Shown piece by piece: positions 23,846-37,092 of a stretch of 64,000 bases of DNA. A program made the position numbers and the translations under genes. The DNA is taken from the NCBI RefSeq assembly GCF_947568905.1, contig NC_079165.1, positions 103,726,001-103,790,000 on the forward strand, in the 5' to 3' direction. This stretch comes from Ostrea edulis. Taxonomy: Eukaryota. Positions within the stretch are counted from its first letter, which is position 1; every line of letters begins with the position of its first letter. The notes below the pieces were generated by a model that worked only from the letters and a program-made list of their open reading frames with translations, was not told the origin of the DNA and ran no database searches.

Positions 23846-26712
23846 CCAATATCATTTATTACAATTGTTTTGATTGGACAAAAATAAAGCTGAACAAGAG
23901 TTTACTCATCAATAAATCCGAAAACGCGATGTATTCATACACGCCTGAAAACAAATAACATAGTGCAGGGAAACTATTCAAATTTTTGCAATTGTTAATA
24001 AAGTGAACGAATTGGAATTATAAGAATCAAACATTCTTTTTGAAGAATTTATCGATGTGTAAACTCCGGACATTTTACTCACAAACTTAACATATAAATG
24101 CTTCGCACTTTTATTCAGTTTGTGATTAAAATGTCCGGAGTTTACACATCGATAAATTCTTCAAAAAGACTGTTTAATCCTATAATATATCAAAATGACC
24201 AACGACACGAACAACCTAATTGTCAAATTTTCGGGACGACCCGTCCCTTCCTCAGGACAAACGAAAAGAATACGCCAGTTTCGAGATACGAACTCTTCTG
24301 TGTGGGAGGTGCATTTAGTTGAACTTTGAATGACTAAGTGGGACAGAGTAAAACTACAGTCAGCAAAGAAGACGATGAAATGCATTAAAAGCGGCTTCTC
24401 TTTTAATATGTAAATGTGGGAAATACAAAATAATGTCGAAAGAAATGTTTTACTAAAGTGGAAGCATAAAAACAATGTCATATTTGCAAGTAATATCTCA
24501 AATATGGTACTTATGACTAACGAAATAACGTGATATGATAAGAATTCTATGTATTTAATTACTCCCTAAATACTTATAACTTACTTAGTTTGTGTATCAG
24601 TCGATTTCGGGTGATGTAACAGTGTATGAGAAACTTACTGAGTACATTCACTTATGCAGTGATGAAAATTAGTCCCACTCCCCCCTGTAAACAAATTGTT
24701 TCGCGCCTCACTATATACGAGAGTTCTCCAAAGGGAAATAACTCAGGTATATCTCGAAACCGGCGTATTACATAAGATGGCCAATATCAACAGAGAATAA
24801 TAACAAAAACTACATATAAATACATCTAGCACTACAAGTACAACTACACTAATTTACAAACGTATTTGCAGCGCAGACTACGTGTTTTTGGTTTATAGGC
24901 TTGCCAATCAATGTTAAAAGCGGAGCGAATTAGGACATGCCTTATTCGCCCAAAGAGCTGATCCAAAATGTACGAAGTGATAAAAATAGACTTAATTAAT
25001 CTAAAGTGGAACGAGTTAACCCCAAAAAACATTATACAAAGCATATTATATATATGTTCGAAATTTTACTGATTAGAAATCAATATTCTTCTAATCAAAA
25101 TAATAAAACGCAGTGTATTTTCTTTCCAGTCAAACACAATGCAGTTACTTTGACGTTGACTGAACTTGTCTCATTATTAAAGTAAATAACAAAACGTAAA
25201 ATATATCTTCTGGGTTTTTGTTTTTTTTTTGGTTTTTTTTTTTTTTTTGGCTTGAACAGATAAGCTTAGTAACACATTTGAAATGTCACAAATCCTCAGG
25301 TGACCTTTCTCGATGTTTCTGTTGGCAAAACGAGAGTTTTGTGGATATAGTCGACATGAAAGGAATTTGCATTGTGAGGACCGATCAAGTATTTGAATGT
25401 CCCAGATTGTGACTCTGTGCTATTATACTACGTGATATCGTATCTCTAATCAACATTGACTTCCTTGGATTTTTATTTTGGAGGGTGGGGGGGGGTACAC
25501 GTTCGGATCCTTTGTTATTAATCTACACTAGCCATTTATTAATTTTCGAAAGGACGTGTCAGATTCTTCCATATCTCCGGTTTTTTTAATAGACACACCT
25601 GTCAAAAAATGATTACGGCCTCCCGAACGTCCTTAGGTTTTGCAAACCGTCTCCAAGGATTCTATAGATTCTTTGTTTACACGCCTGTCAAACAACGATT
25701 AAGGCCTTCCAAACGTCCTTGTGCTTTTCCAGATTCCAAGGTTGGGTTTTTTCATGCCCACGCATTGACCTTGGGTTTTTCCGGACGGATTTTCCATGCC
25801 CCCACAATGACGTCATTGGATTTTCCGATCTTCCTCTGTGATTATCTCGGGTTTTTCCATTGACGTCATTGGGTTTTCCGTTCTACCTCATCCTATCATG
25901 TCATTGGTTCATTCTCCGTTAAGTAGGTCAGGATCCCTATTTTTAGATTGTTACTATTTTTAGAATGATTAATTAACCCCCCCCCCCCCTCTATACAGCA
26001 GCCTATACTACTACGAAAGTTTTAAAGACTTACCACCGCATTCGAATTCACAATCGCGTATACTAGTTAATGAACATTGCTGTATTTTTTCTGCGATAGA
26101 GAAAGAAAGTATTGATCCGCCTCATATAATCATAGTCTTTAAGCAACTAAATGATGATCTGCGCATGCTTAGTAGTCAGCTAAGTGGTCTAAGTTTTTGG
26201 ACATACTCCGATTTCAGAAACTCAATTTAGGGCTATCTAAATATTGGCATAACTTAGTCAGGCTAATTCAAGCTGAAATATACGCCTCTTTTAAACACGG
26301 GCACCCAGAAGCCGTTCAACTATCAAGTCTATATCCAGGAGCAGTTGTTGTGGCGAACGCAATGCCCTCTGGCGTAATAATGAGACATAAAATGACGGAT
26401 ACAATACAGCATCATAGGATTAACAAGGAAACCGGAACTGCAAATTGAACCTCGATAAAATTAAGAATGTCAGGTTGTAAATTCCAAGTTAGAATTGAAA
26501 ATGAAACTAATGCAATAAGGTGAGATGAAATTAAGAATCTGATATTTATTATTATTAAGAAGTAAGAATGAAGCAAGACGAAAGCAAATACTATTAGAAA
26601 ATTGAAATATGATAATGTGAGATGAAATTAAGGATGTCATGTATCAAAAGAATATCAAGAATTCAAATTGAGATATTATAAGGTAACATGGAATTAATTA
26701 TGACAAAATAAA

Positions 26713-27643
26713 TACTGACAAACAAGTTGATGGTGCATGGGGTTTCAACAGTCTCGTTTAAAGTCAGCATTTCGCAAATTCTATGGTCGTTATAACGATC
26801 TAGTTTGCCAATACAACATTGGATCAGTAAGCATCCCATGGGCACGAATTGTGCTCCTTTGTTAGCTGACCTGTTTCTATATTCTTATGAAGCAGAATTA
26901 ATTCAAAACCTTCTACGTGAGAAGAAAAAATCTCTTGCTGTGGCCTTCAATTCGACATTTAGATATATCGACGACGTATTATATATTAACAATAATAATG
27001 TTTATTCATATGTCTAATCGATATATCTATGTAAACTCCAAATAAAAGACCCCACAGAGTCGCCCACTTCTGCTTCATACTTAGATATTTTATTTTAAGT
27101 AGATATTAACGGCAAACTAAGAACTCAACTTTATGACAAACGGGATGAGATCAGCTTCTCCATCGTCAACTTCCCATATTTATGTGACAATATTCCATTA
27201 TCACCTGCATATGGTGTTTATATATCTCAACTGATTTGATACGCAAGAGCTTCTTCTGTTTATGGTCAGTTTTTAAATCAAAGCAGGCTACTGGCAAACA
27301 AGTTGATAGTGCAGGGGTTCCAACAGTCTCGTTTAAAGTAAGCTTTTCGCAAATTCTATGGTCTTTATAACGATCCAGTTTGCCAATACAACCTATCATT
27401 GGGTCAAATGCTGTCTGACGAGTTTCATACCGATCGTTAGGCCGTTTCTTGCACTCTGATTTTGACTACGGATAACTCCGTTTACCTGATCAAGATATAG
27501 GTTCAAGGCGGGTGTTACCGGTCAACAGGAGATCTTTACTCCTCCTAGGCAACTGATCCCACCTCTGGTATATTGCCCAACTCTCTATTTTGTATTCCTT
27601 ATAGGAGCTATGAGATTGATCACTGTTCGTTATCTTCATCTTT
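26713..27643 (+). mobile_element. Naiad-like PLE fragment with partial-tandem (pseudo-LTR-like) arrangement
   Basis: 26713-26820 repeats the RT C-terminal segment at ~27290-27390. It is followed by PMGTNCAPLLADLFL..FRYIDD and the same 3' module as 885-2010. Contains stops. Confidence 0.75.
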
Positions 27644-27769
27644 TATTCAGTGTGCATTTGGACCAAGAGAGCGATCAACATTCAAACACGAAAAAGCCTA
27701 CTTCGAGACGCGGCAGGTAGGTATGTAGGTAATGAAGCAGCGTCCTGCATTAGTGTTTGATCCTTTTGA

Positions 27770-28590
27770 AGTTTTGATTACAATTGGAAGTATTCCAACA
27801 ACAGCACTACTAAACACAGGTTCTACAGTTTCCACAATGACAGTATCAGTTTATGAGAAACATTTGAGTGATCATCCTATTTAACAATTAAAGAAGTTTG
27901 ATTTCAAATGCGTAGATGGCAGCATTTTGCCTTACAAAGGATGTGTGGAAGTGAAATTGCAGTCTGGAGGCCGAAATCCTGAAACGCAAATTCCAATCAT
28001 TAACAGCAATGTAACAACACAGACTATAAAGATTTCTCCTAAAACAATAATTGCAGAAATGCAACCAGTGAGTATTGAGGCATTACAAGACCATACTCTG
28101 ACCCCGAGAAAATGGTGAAAGTTTTGGATTGGCCAAAACCTACATGTAAGTCACCAGAAGAAGTCAGAAAGTTTATAGGATTCATTGGGTATTCTAGGAG
28201 TTTCATCCCATTTCAATAAACTGTCTAGATCACTCCCTGCCTTGTTTCCAAATCCAAGCAAGAAGAAATTAAACAAAACCCAGCGGAAGTGGAAGTGAGG
28301 AGAAGAGGAAGATAAAGCCTTTGAAGAACTTAAACAACATCTAGTACAACCCCCTATTTTAGGTTTTCCAAATTATCAAGAACCGTTCATTACATGTCGA
28401 TGCAAGTCATTTAGGGTTAGGAGCTGTCCTCTACCAACAACAAGTTACATGTAAGTATAACAAAAGTCATTACTTATGCTAGTAGGAGCCTTACCAGATC
28501 AGAAAAGAATTACCCGGCACACAAGTTGGAATTTTTGGCATTAAAATGGGATGTGACAGACAATTATCATGACTACCTTATGGCCATAAA
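27770..28590 (+). pseudogene. Ty3/Gypsy pol remnant (protease, RT C-terminus/RNase H) with internal deletion
   Basis: ALLNTGSTVST protease motif; WPKP..EVRKFIGF..Y; AFEELKQHLVQPPILGFP; VDAS..GLGAVLYQ; YASRSL..EKNYPAHKLEFLALKW. Confidence 0.8.
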
Positions 28591-29966
28591 ACAACACATG
28601 TATTTACAATCTTGACAAATGACAAAATATTGTTAAATTTCATAGATCACTGCTCCATTTTATCATATATAACAGACTTTCTGTATTATTATTATTTATG
28701 ATAGGCGCAAGGTCAAATTCAAGGAAGACTCCTATAGTCAAAACGTGAGCAGCAAATTGGTACAATGAAAATAAATCGTGGTTGTTTAACAATACAGCAT
28801 GAAATATTATTTTTCAAATAATATGTTTTATGTGATCATTTTTAACACTTGGCTAATTTGTCTACTCGTGACTATATGCTGTGCATACATGTATCATGTT
28901 ATGTAGTCCGTGTTATGTAACCATCTTGTTTAGTTTCTTGATCACAAGTGAAGGACATGTATCTATTTTACACGTTATGTCATCAGTAATCACAACCAAT
29001 CATTTTAGCTGATTCAGAGGTATATTTTTATCCACCCTCATCAGCAGCCAATGAAATAATGATTAAGTCACGTGATCATGTCTTTGTTTGTAGCTGTCCA
29101 AGTGAAAGGAAGCATTAATTTTTATGTGATTATAGAGGAAAATTTTCCCTACACCACCCCAATCTTACCAACTTCATCAAATTGTAATGTGTGCCATTTC
29201 ATCTGACTGTTTATCAGTTTTTATGGATTATTTTGTACCTGATACTATATCTGTGTTGTGTGGCAAAAGGTTTAAGGTGCCACCTTAATTTTCTATTTTG
29301 TTATGTTTGTATTTGGCAAATATTTTAAGATGCCACCTTATTTTTCTATTTTATTATGTTTGTATTTATCAAGATTTATAAAAATTCGGGAAATCCCAAT
29401 GTCATTCTTGTTTAGGTTGTCTGAGTTGTAGTTTTGATATCGGGGATCTCCCTATTATAGGGGATGCAAATAAGTTGTCAATTTCTTCAATCGTCATTAA
29501 TAAATGACAATTTTCAACCAACAATATGTATTCTATTGTTAATTGCCAAGAAAAATAACAAAGCTGCGGGACATGAGAAAACCGGTTTCTTCGAATAGTA
29601 TTTTATATTCTTATAAAAATGGAGAGCATAAATGTTTCTTTATTGAATTCAATACATCATAAGGGTTGCATTTCAGTTCAACTAGATCAATTAATCTTTT
29701 AAAATCGATCAAATACAATTTCTCAAGAATCCAAAACATTATAAGAAAGGTAACTCCATGCTGCAAAACAATGATTACCGTTCTTCAATAATATTGATAC
29801 AATTTATATCTTTCCATTTTTTACATTAAGAGGATTTGGAAATCAGTTTTCGTGTTACAATGTTCACCATCTACTTGGGATTTTTAATTGCGGGTTTGGA
29901 AAGTTCAAGATTGAAAGATATTTTTGGATAATCGTGTGGTATTCCGTCACTTCTCTCTTAGTTTAA

Positions 29967-31508
29967 AGGACATATCTCATGTTTTCAAAGTATACAATAT
30001 TACATGCATTTTGTCTTCTTTATGCTTATAGTAATTAATTCTAATAGTTCGTTCGCCGAAATTTTGCGATAATTAACCACAATTCAGACTTAAATCTAAG
30101 CCCCGATTTCAAAAAGTCAAGTTAATTAGGTAGGTAGTCACGTGGTACAGTGACGTCACATGCGCCCTTCGGATTGTGAAAGTACTGCGAGATATTATTA
30201 AAAACTCAACTTTTAGGGGCCTAATTAATTTACCATGGGCAACATTTAAATCGATGTTGCTAAATTGTCCGAGTTTTATATGTGTTCGCCACCAGTGCAC
30301 ACATATAACGATGTAAATACCCAAATATAGCGAGTAAAGCGTGTATGAAATCTGCAAAAATTGTGAGTAAATAATGTATAAATATGGGTCGCTGTCTACA
30401 AACTGTTTGGGGATGTTATTCCTTTATACATCTGTAATTGGCGCTGTTTTTCTAAAATAAACAGTGCAATCATTATTTATTTTTGGATTAGACAAATTAT
30501 GATACGGTTAAATTGTTGACAACTAGGCCCTATGTCAAGCTATTGTCACGCGTGCATTTCGGAAAGAAAGAAAAAGACAACACACACACAAATCAATAAA
30601 AATATTCAAATTTAAAGTGGTAATCACATTATTTTATTTTGATAAAGCAATCTTATTACTATTTTTGAATTGTGATCTGCACGTCTTTAGGAAGTACGAA
30701 GTGGGAGCACGGCGTCATAGCCTACTGACGCACTCAAGATGCTACGAGTTCAATAAAGAAATAATTTTATAATTCAATTTAAAGTTAGGAAATACAATAT
30801 TCTATTATTTGTATAATTAAAAGTTCAGTTATTTTGTATCTTTATTTTTTGTTGTTGTAAATCTACCAGTTGGTAGAAGTTACATTGTATCGTCGATATA
30901 TGTTGTTACAAGGTGAAGGTCAGTTGATCCGAGTGTGTATTGAATTTGAAGAGCAAAACAGAATGTATGCTATAGGCCTACCAGTGCTTATAGCTTCGAT
31001 ATATCCATTTTCTCGCAGTTTATCAGGGTCTCTGTCCAAGCGATGTTTGAAAAGGTGACTGGATGTGTTTTTTAAGGTAAAGTTCTTGCTCCAACAAAAA
31101 AATTATCCACGTCTTTTTTCTCGTACCTTCCTTCGAAAAATTGAAAAATACTCAGTCTAAATCCTTTCTACCGACAACTAGTACACCCGAGCACGGCACA
31201 AAGCATCTTAATGCATTATTATTTGCAAGCCGTTAACGTGACAATTGGTTTTTTGTCGATTAAATCTAATCTGTTTATGAAATGGCTAATAGATGTTTTC
31301 AAACCCGAGGGCGCATATGACGTCACACAAAATGGCGCGTAAACTAGCGAAAGAAAATATGCATATCGCAAGATTTGAATTTCATCGCTTTCAAACTCGA
31401 AAACTACGCAAAATATTTCATTTAAAACACATTTTAAGTAGTTTTAGGAATAAAAAGAGTTTATTTTGCTGAAAAAATGAAAAAGTTTAGAAACATGCGT
31501 TGTGTCCT
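29967..31508. mobile_element. Non-autonomous TIR transposon with TTAA target site (Kolobok-like)
   Basis: TTAA|aggacatatctcatgttt at 29963-29984 and aaacatgcgttgtgtcct|TTAA at 31491-31512 form imperfect 18-bp TIRs starting AG. Subterminal tgacgtcac near both ends. No ORF. Confidence 0.6.
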
Positions 31509-31618
31509 TTAAGCATCGAATTTAGTGATCTGGGTTCATAAATAGTTCGCATTGATATTTTAAGGGATATGTTTAATGCTTTTCTCCTACATTCTTGGAC
31601 AGCTTTTAGGTGAGAGTG

Positions 31619-31800
31619 CTAATGACCTTCACATGACTTGTTGAATACAATGACGTCGTCCAGATACGGGGCACAGAACTTGCTTCTGTAGTCCTTCAAG
31701 ATCTCATTAAAGTACTTCTGAAAAATGCCTTGAGCACCTGTCAGGCCAAACAGAGTCCATTCATGAAGGTAACTAATGCTGTCAGTGGCCCGATAGATTT
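31619..31800 (-). pseudogene. Ty3/Gypsy RT fragment
   Basis: FGLTGAQGIFQKYFNEIL..CAPYLDDVIVF (YLDD catalytic motif). Confidence 0.8.
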
Positions 31801-31879
31801 TACCATATTGCCCCAGTGATATTCTTTTCATTGTCTATGACAGTCGGGGTTTTTTTGGAGGGGGGAGGAGGGGTACTTC

Positions 31880-31950
31880 ACTCACAGATAGTAATGTCTC
31901 AATATGAGTGAAAAGTTCTCGACGTAAAGCAAACAAAACAACAATCAATC
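31880..31950 (+). mobile_element. 3' end of the abundant short retroposon family (see 37756)
   Basis: gtctcaatatgagtgaaaagttctcgacgtaaagcaaacaaaacaacaatcaatc. Confidence 0.6.
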
Positions 31951-33043
31951 GCTATCTAGCGTGTCATTGTAAGATAGCGTTGTATTATAAGATGTATCTA
32001 TATTAGACATTCACTATCCGGTATGTCATTGTAAGATAGCGTTGTATTATAAGATGTATCTATATTAGACATTCACTATCCGGTATGTCAGTGTAAGATA
32101 GCGTTGTATTATAAGATGTATCTATATTAGACATTCCCTATCCGGTATATCATTGTAAGATAGCGTTGTATTATAAGATGTATCTATATTAGACATTCCC
32201 TATCCAGTATGTCATAGTAAGATAGCGTTGTATTATAAGATGTATCTATATTAGACATTCACTATCCAGTATGGCATTGTAAGATAGCGTTGTATTATAA
32301 GATGTATCTATATTAGACATTCACTATCCAGTATGTCATTGTAAGATAGCGTTGTATTATAAGATGTATCTATATTAGACATTCACTATCCAGTATGTCA
32401 TTGTAAGATAGCGTTGTATTATAAGATGTATCTATCTTAAACATTCGCTATCTAGCGTGTCATTGTAAGATAGCGTTGTATTATAAGATGTATCTATATT
32501 AGACATTCGCTATCCGGTATGGCATTGTAAGATAGCGTTGTATTATAAGATGTATCTATATTAGACATTCGTTATCCGGTATGGCATTGTAAGATAGCGT
32601 TGTATTATAAGATGTATCTATATTAGACATTCCCTATCCAGTATGTCATTGTAAGATAGCGTTGTATTATAAGATGTATCTATATTAGACATTCGCTATC
32701 CGGTATGTCATTGTAAGATAGCGTTGTATTATAAGATGTATCTATATTAGACATTCACTATCCAGCATGTCATTGTAAGATAGCGTTGTATTATAAGATG
32801 TGTCTATATTAGACATTCCCTATCCAGTATGTCATTGTAAGATAGCGTTGTATTATAAGATGTATCTATATTAGACATTCCCTATCCAGTATGTCATTGT
32901 AAGATAGCGTTGTATTATAAGATGTATCTATATCAGACATTCACTATCCGGTATGTCATTATAAGATAGCGTTCTATTATAAGATGTATATATATTAGAC
33001 ATTCACTATCCAGTATGTCATTGTAAGATAGCGTTGTATCATA
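31950..33043 (+). repeat. 62-bp minisatellite, about 17-18 copies
   Basis: Unit tgtcattgtaagatagcgttgtattataagatgtatctatattagacattcactatccagta; aagatagc recurs at 31971, 32033 and 32095. Confidence 0.95.
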
Positions 33044-33072
33044 AAAGCAAAAGAACAGTACTTTTTTAAAAG

Positions 33073-33358
33073 TCTAAATGAACTTGTCTAGATGAGTACT
33101 CTAAATGAACTCGTCTAAATGAGTACTCTAAATGAACTCGTCTAAATGAGTACTCTAAATGAACTCGTCTAAATGAGTACTCTAAATGAACTCGTCTAAA
33201 TGAGTACTCTAAATGAACTCGTCTAAATGAGTACTCTAAATGAATTCGTCTAAATGAGTACTCTAAATGAACTCGTCTAAATGAGTACTCTAAATGAATT
33301 CGTCTAAATGAGTACTCTAAATGAACTCGTCTAAATGAGTACTCTAAATGAACTCGTA
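33073..33358 (+). repeat. 27-bp minisatellite, about 10-11 copies
   Basis: Unit tctaaatgagtac+tctaaatgaactcg (13+14 bp subunits). Confidence 0.95.
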
Positions 33359-34757
33359 CTATGACCTTTACGGTCAATACGGGCCTTTACTAGACTTTTT
33401 ATGTTGCAAATCCTTATTTGGAAAACCAACAAATTGTGGTAAATTGATATTAAAGCATATCCCAAATCACATTCTAATTAGAATAAAGTTGATCCACTGG
33501 TATATCTTGCTACACAAAGATCGGGGTCACATCAAGAAGACGTTCTTTTTTGCAGAACTTAAATGAAATGATCAGAATGTATTGTAACAGTTAAGGATTC
33601 GAAATGGATTTTCCCCGTCAAGCATTTGATGTCGATCTGTTGCCTTTGGCCTGCGATAAATAACCTGCTTGAAGTTATATGGTCCGAATTACGACATTTT
33701 TGTTCCATCTTGTAAAAACGCTATTAAATCATCGCACTATATAGTTATGAGGCTGTATGACATGTCATACATCATTTCACCTGTTTTAACCAACATTTAA
33801 TATTTGATTTTAAATCGGTGTTTACAAACAACCCCGTCACTCTCCCATTTCAAGTGACAGTCACGTGACCAGTTCAAACTTTCAGATCATCGGTGGTCTT
33901 ATCTGTGTAAAGCTGTGTGTTTTGTTACAACAGTAATGTGCCACAAGTTTACTAGAAATAAAAATATCAAATACCTCTTTTACGCTCTTTCGAAAGTTGC
34001 ATTTAAGTTAATACATCATGTTGGGATTCCCCTGACGCGTGTGGGGCTATTTGTAGACGCCTTACAATGTATAATTTATGCGTCGTCCGGAAAACCTCGA
34101 GCCTTTCACCGAAAAACACTGTGTTTTCGGTGAAAGGTCCGAGGTATTCCGGATGATTTTATATGTACCACAATTGTTTACTTTCTAAATAATATTCTCG
34201 CTGTTTTAATTTGCATGCAAATGTTTTCAAGCATGTAATTAAGAAAAAGTTAATAACTTTTAGCACTAATAAATCTGCTTGAAAGTAATTAAGTACAAAA
34301 ATAATACATGAACATCGGATCATACAGCTTTAATTAACCTACCACAATAGCCAACACATATGTGTTTACATACGTTAATTCGAAACGCTACAGACGTACA
34401 CGACTCGCACAACACGAATGGACCTTGCTTTAATAGCACTGGTAAATGCTGCAATAGGAAACTCATTCTTCCAGCACGAACACCACCCGTAAATGAGTTA
34501 TGTCGTCTGCAACATTTATTTTATATAATGTGTAAAAGTCATCTTCAATCTGCTTTGAATTTATTAGGATGCATATTATAAGTGGAGAACAAGACTGAAA
34601 AATAGAAAATAATATAGTGTTAAATAGATGATTGTGTATTTGCCTTAAATATGTATTTACAGAAGCAGTCTATGCAATATTTCCGGACCAAACACTACTC
34701 CAATACTTCTCTGCTTGATGTTTTCATCGAGTGGAAGTAACTCTGGGCTTTCTTCTT

Positions 34758-37092
34758 TTATTCAAAAAAGGTATCATCACCCAGTACATTAACATTCAGT
34801 TGAGTACAGACATGTTTTACAGGGAGTCCGGAATCTCTCACACAGATCATCAATCTAAATTGTTCTGTTGTGAAGTGAAAATTGCTTTTGAAATAAAGCT
34901 CTCCTGTCTGAGAATTAATATTGAACATGTTTTTGTCGTCTTCATTCATAAGGAAATAAGTGAGCTGTCCATTGATCCCATCATCTATATCCACTGCTAC
35001 GATTTTTGTGATGGGTAGGGAGGTGACAGTTGAAGAAACAGTGTTGTTCATTTTGTTTGGGAACAGAATGGTGGGAGCGTTATCATTAGCATCCATTACG
35101 TACACTGTGACATTAGCAGAACTGTTCAGAGAAGGATTTCCACTGTCTCTAGCATACACCATAAAATTATACTGACTTCGGAGTTCCCTGTCAAGTGAAG
35201 TGCTGGTAATGACGGTACCATTCCGTAAAACTTGAAATGGAACATTTATATCTTGTGCCAACATGTAATACTGCACGAATGCATTCAATCCCACATCAGG
35301 GTCATATGCTTTGACTCTACCAATAGGAGTATATGGGTTCCTTCCCTCGCTGACTTCAAATGTGAAAAGAGATTTGCTGAATATTGGTCGATTATCGTTG
35401 ACGTCAGTAACATTGATAATCACAAAAGCAGAACCTGTTCTTGGTGGATAACCACTGTCTACAGCTAAGACACGAAATTCATAGTCACTTCTCGTCTCCC
35501 TGTCCAGCACTTTAGTGGCGTAGATTATCCCTGTCGAGTTGTCGATGCCAAATTGTGATCCTGCGTCATTTTGAAGAACATATTGAATCCACGAGTTCAG
35601 TCCCGTATCCTTATCAAGGGCTGATACTTGCGTGAGAGCTTCTCCAATAGGATTGTTTTCTCTCATGGTAACTAGGTAGACAGGTTGATCAAATGTGGGT
35701 GTATTGTCATTTTCATCCAAAACTATGACATGGAAGGTTTTAGAGGACTGCAGAGGTGGAGTTCCAAAGTCTCGACAAATCACAGTAATGGTGTGTTGAC
35801 TGACGCTTTCTCTGTCCAATAGTTTTAGTACAATAACTTTGAAACCTTTACTAGACAAAGCCTGAATTCCGAAGTAAGAGGAAGAGATCGTACACGCCAC
35901 ATTGCCATTGTTACCAGTGTCTGAATCTTCCACACTAATGTATGCCACAACCGCATTGAGATTGATAAGTTCAGATATAGGAACAACTCCATTGCTTCCT
36001 GAAATCATGTGGAGTTTAATCACAGGGGGGTTATTACTATCATTTCTAACAGCTTCAACTTGAATGTTGACCTTGACCTGGGAATAGTTTGGCATTGTTC
36101 CTTTATCTCGTGCCTCTATTACAAAAGAGTATACTTTCTTTTGATTATACTCTAGTTTCTTAAGCAGGGAGATGTCACCAGTTTTGGAGTTGATGGAAAA
36201 GATATCACTGAAGGCTTGTTGACTGATATGATACTCCACCTCTCCATTCATACCAATGTCTTTATCAAAGGCGGTCACAGTCAGAATCGTGGTTCCTGGC
36301 TGGGTATCCTCACTTACAGTTAAATTGTAAATTGATTCACTAAACACTGGGGGATTGTCATTATCATCTAAAACATTTATGTCAACTTGTAATTTCCCAG
36401 TGTTCCTTTCAGTCCCACCATCTTTTGCAAAAATTTGGAAGATATATTTATCAATTTTCTCTCTATCTAGTCGTTCCTGCAACCTTAATTTCACATCAAA
36501 GCTTCCATCCACTTTTTTCGTAGTTACAAGTCCAAAAGTTCCATTGGCAGGAAAAATTTCATAGCTCTGGACTCCATTGTTTATCCCTGTGTCCAGATCC
36601 ACAGCAGAAGGAAGTTGAACAAGATGGCCGACGCTAGATGTTTCCGAAATGTTGATGGTTATTGCAGATTCTGGGAATTGTGGGGCATTGTCGTTGATGT
36701 CCTTTATGTGGACATTAACTGTAACAATTAGAAACTCTCCAAAACAGTCATTTGCAGCCACATCAAACGTTAAAACACAATCCAGAAAGTATCTGCATTT
36801 CTGAATGTCTTCCCTGTCAATTGTTGTCGATAAAAAAAAGATCACCGGTGACATTATTGATACTAAATACATGTTTATATTCATTATCAGGTTGATGAAA
36901 CGTATACGTCATTCTGTCAAATACATCTTGAGAAATATTTGCCTTTTGGAAGAGGTTACTTGATTCGGGTATATTCCCGATATAAATCCCCGGTGGTTCC
37001 TGTTCTTTGACAGTAAATTCCGTGACATAAACCTCCGCAAAAGATGTACTAAATATGAGTAAAGTGGCAAACTAGATCATTTTATCTACCAT
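34758..37092 (-). pseudogene. Protocadherin-like gene (7 cadherin repeats, delta-1-like count) with disrupted 5' end and no adjacent TM segment
   Basis: DRE and DxNDNxPxF motifs define EC1-EC7. Signal-like segment FATLLIFSTSFA. In-frame TAG at 37074-37072, a +1 frameshift in an 8-T run at 36832-36839, and TAA directly after EC7. Identity is certain; pseudogene status is not. Confidence 0.75.

Noticed and set aside
31950-33358. Regular repeats as a possible CRISPR array
   Set aside because: Head-to-tail units with no unique spacers, eukaryotic context, and no cas genes.
33066-33377. ORF (RVHLEYSFR)n
   Set aside because: By-product of the 27-bp repeat.
34560-34660. Hydrophobic minus-strand stretch as the missing protocadherin TM
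   Set aside because: AT-rich low-complexity translation ending in a stop, with no basic cytoplasmic flank or credible splice context.
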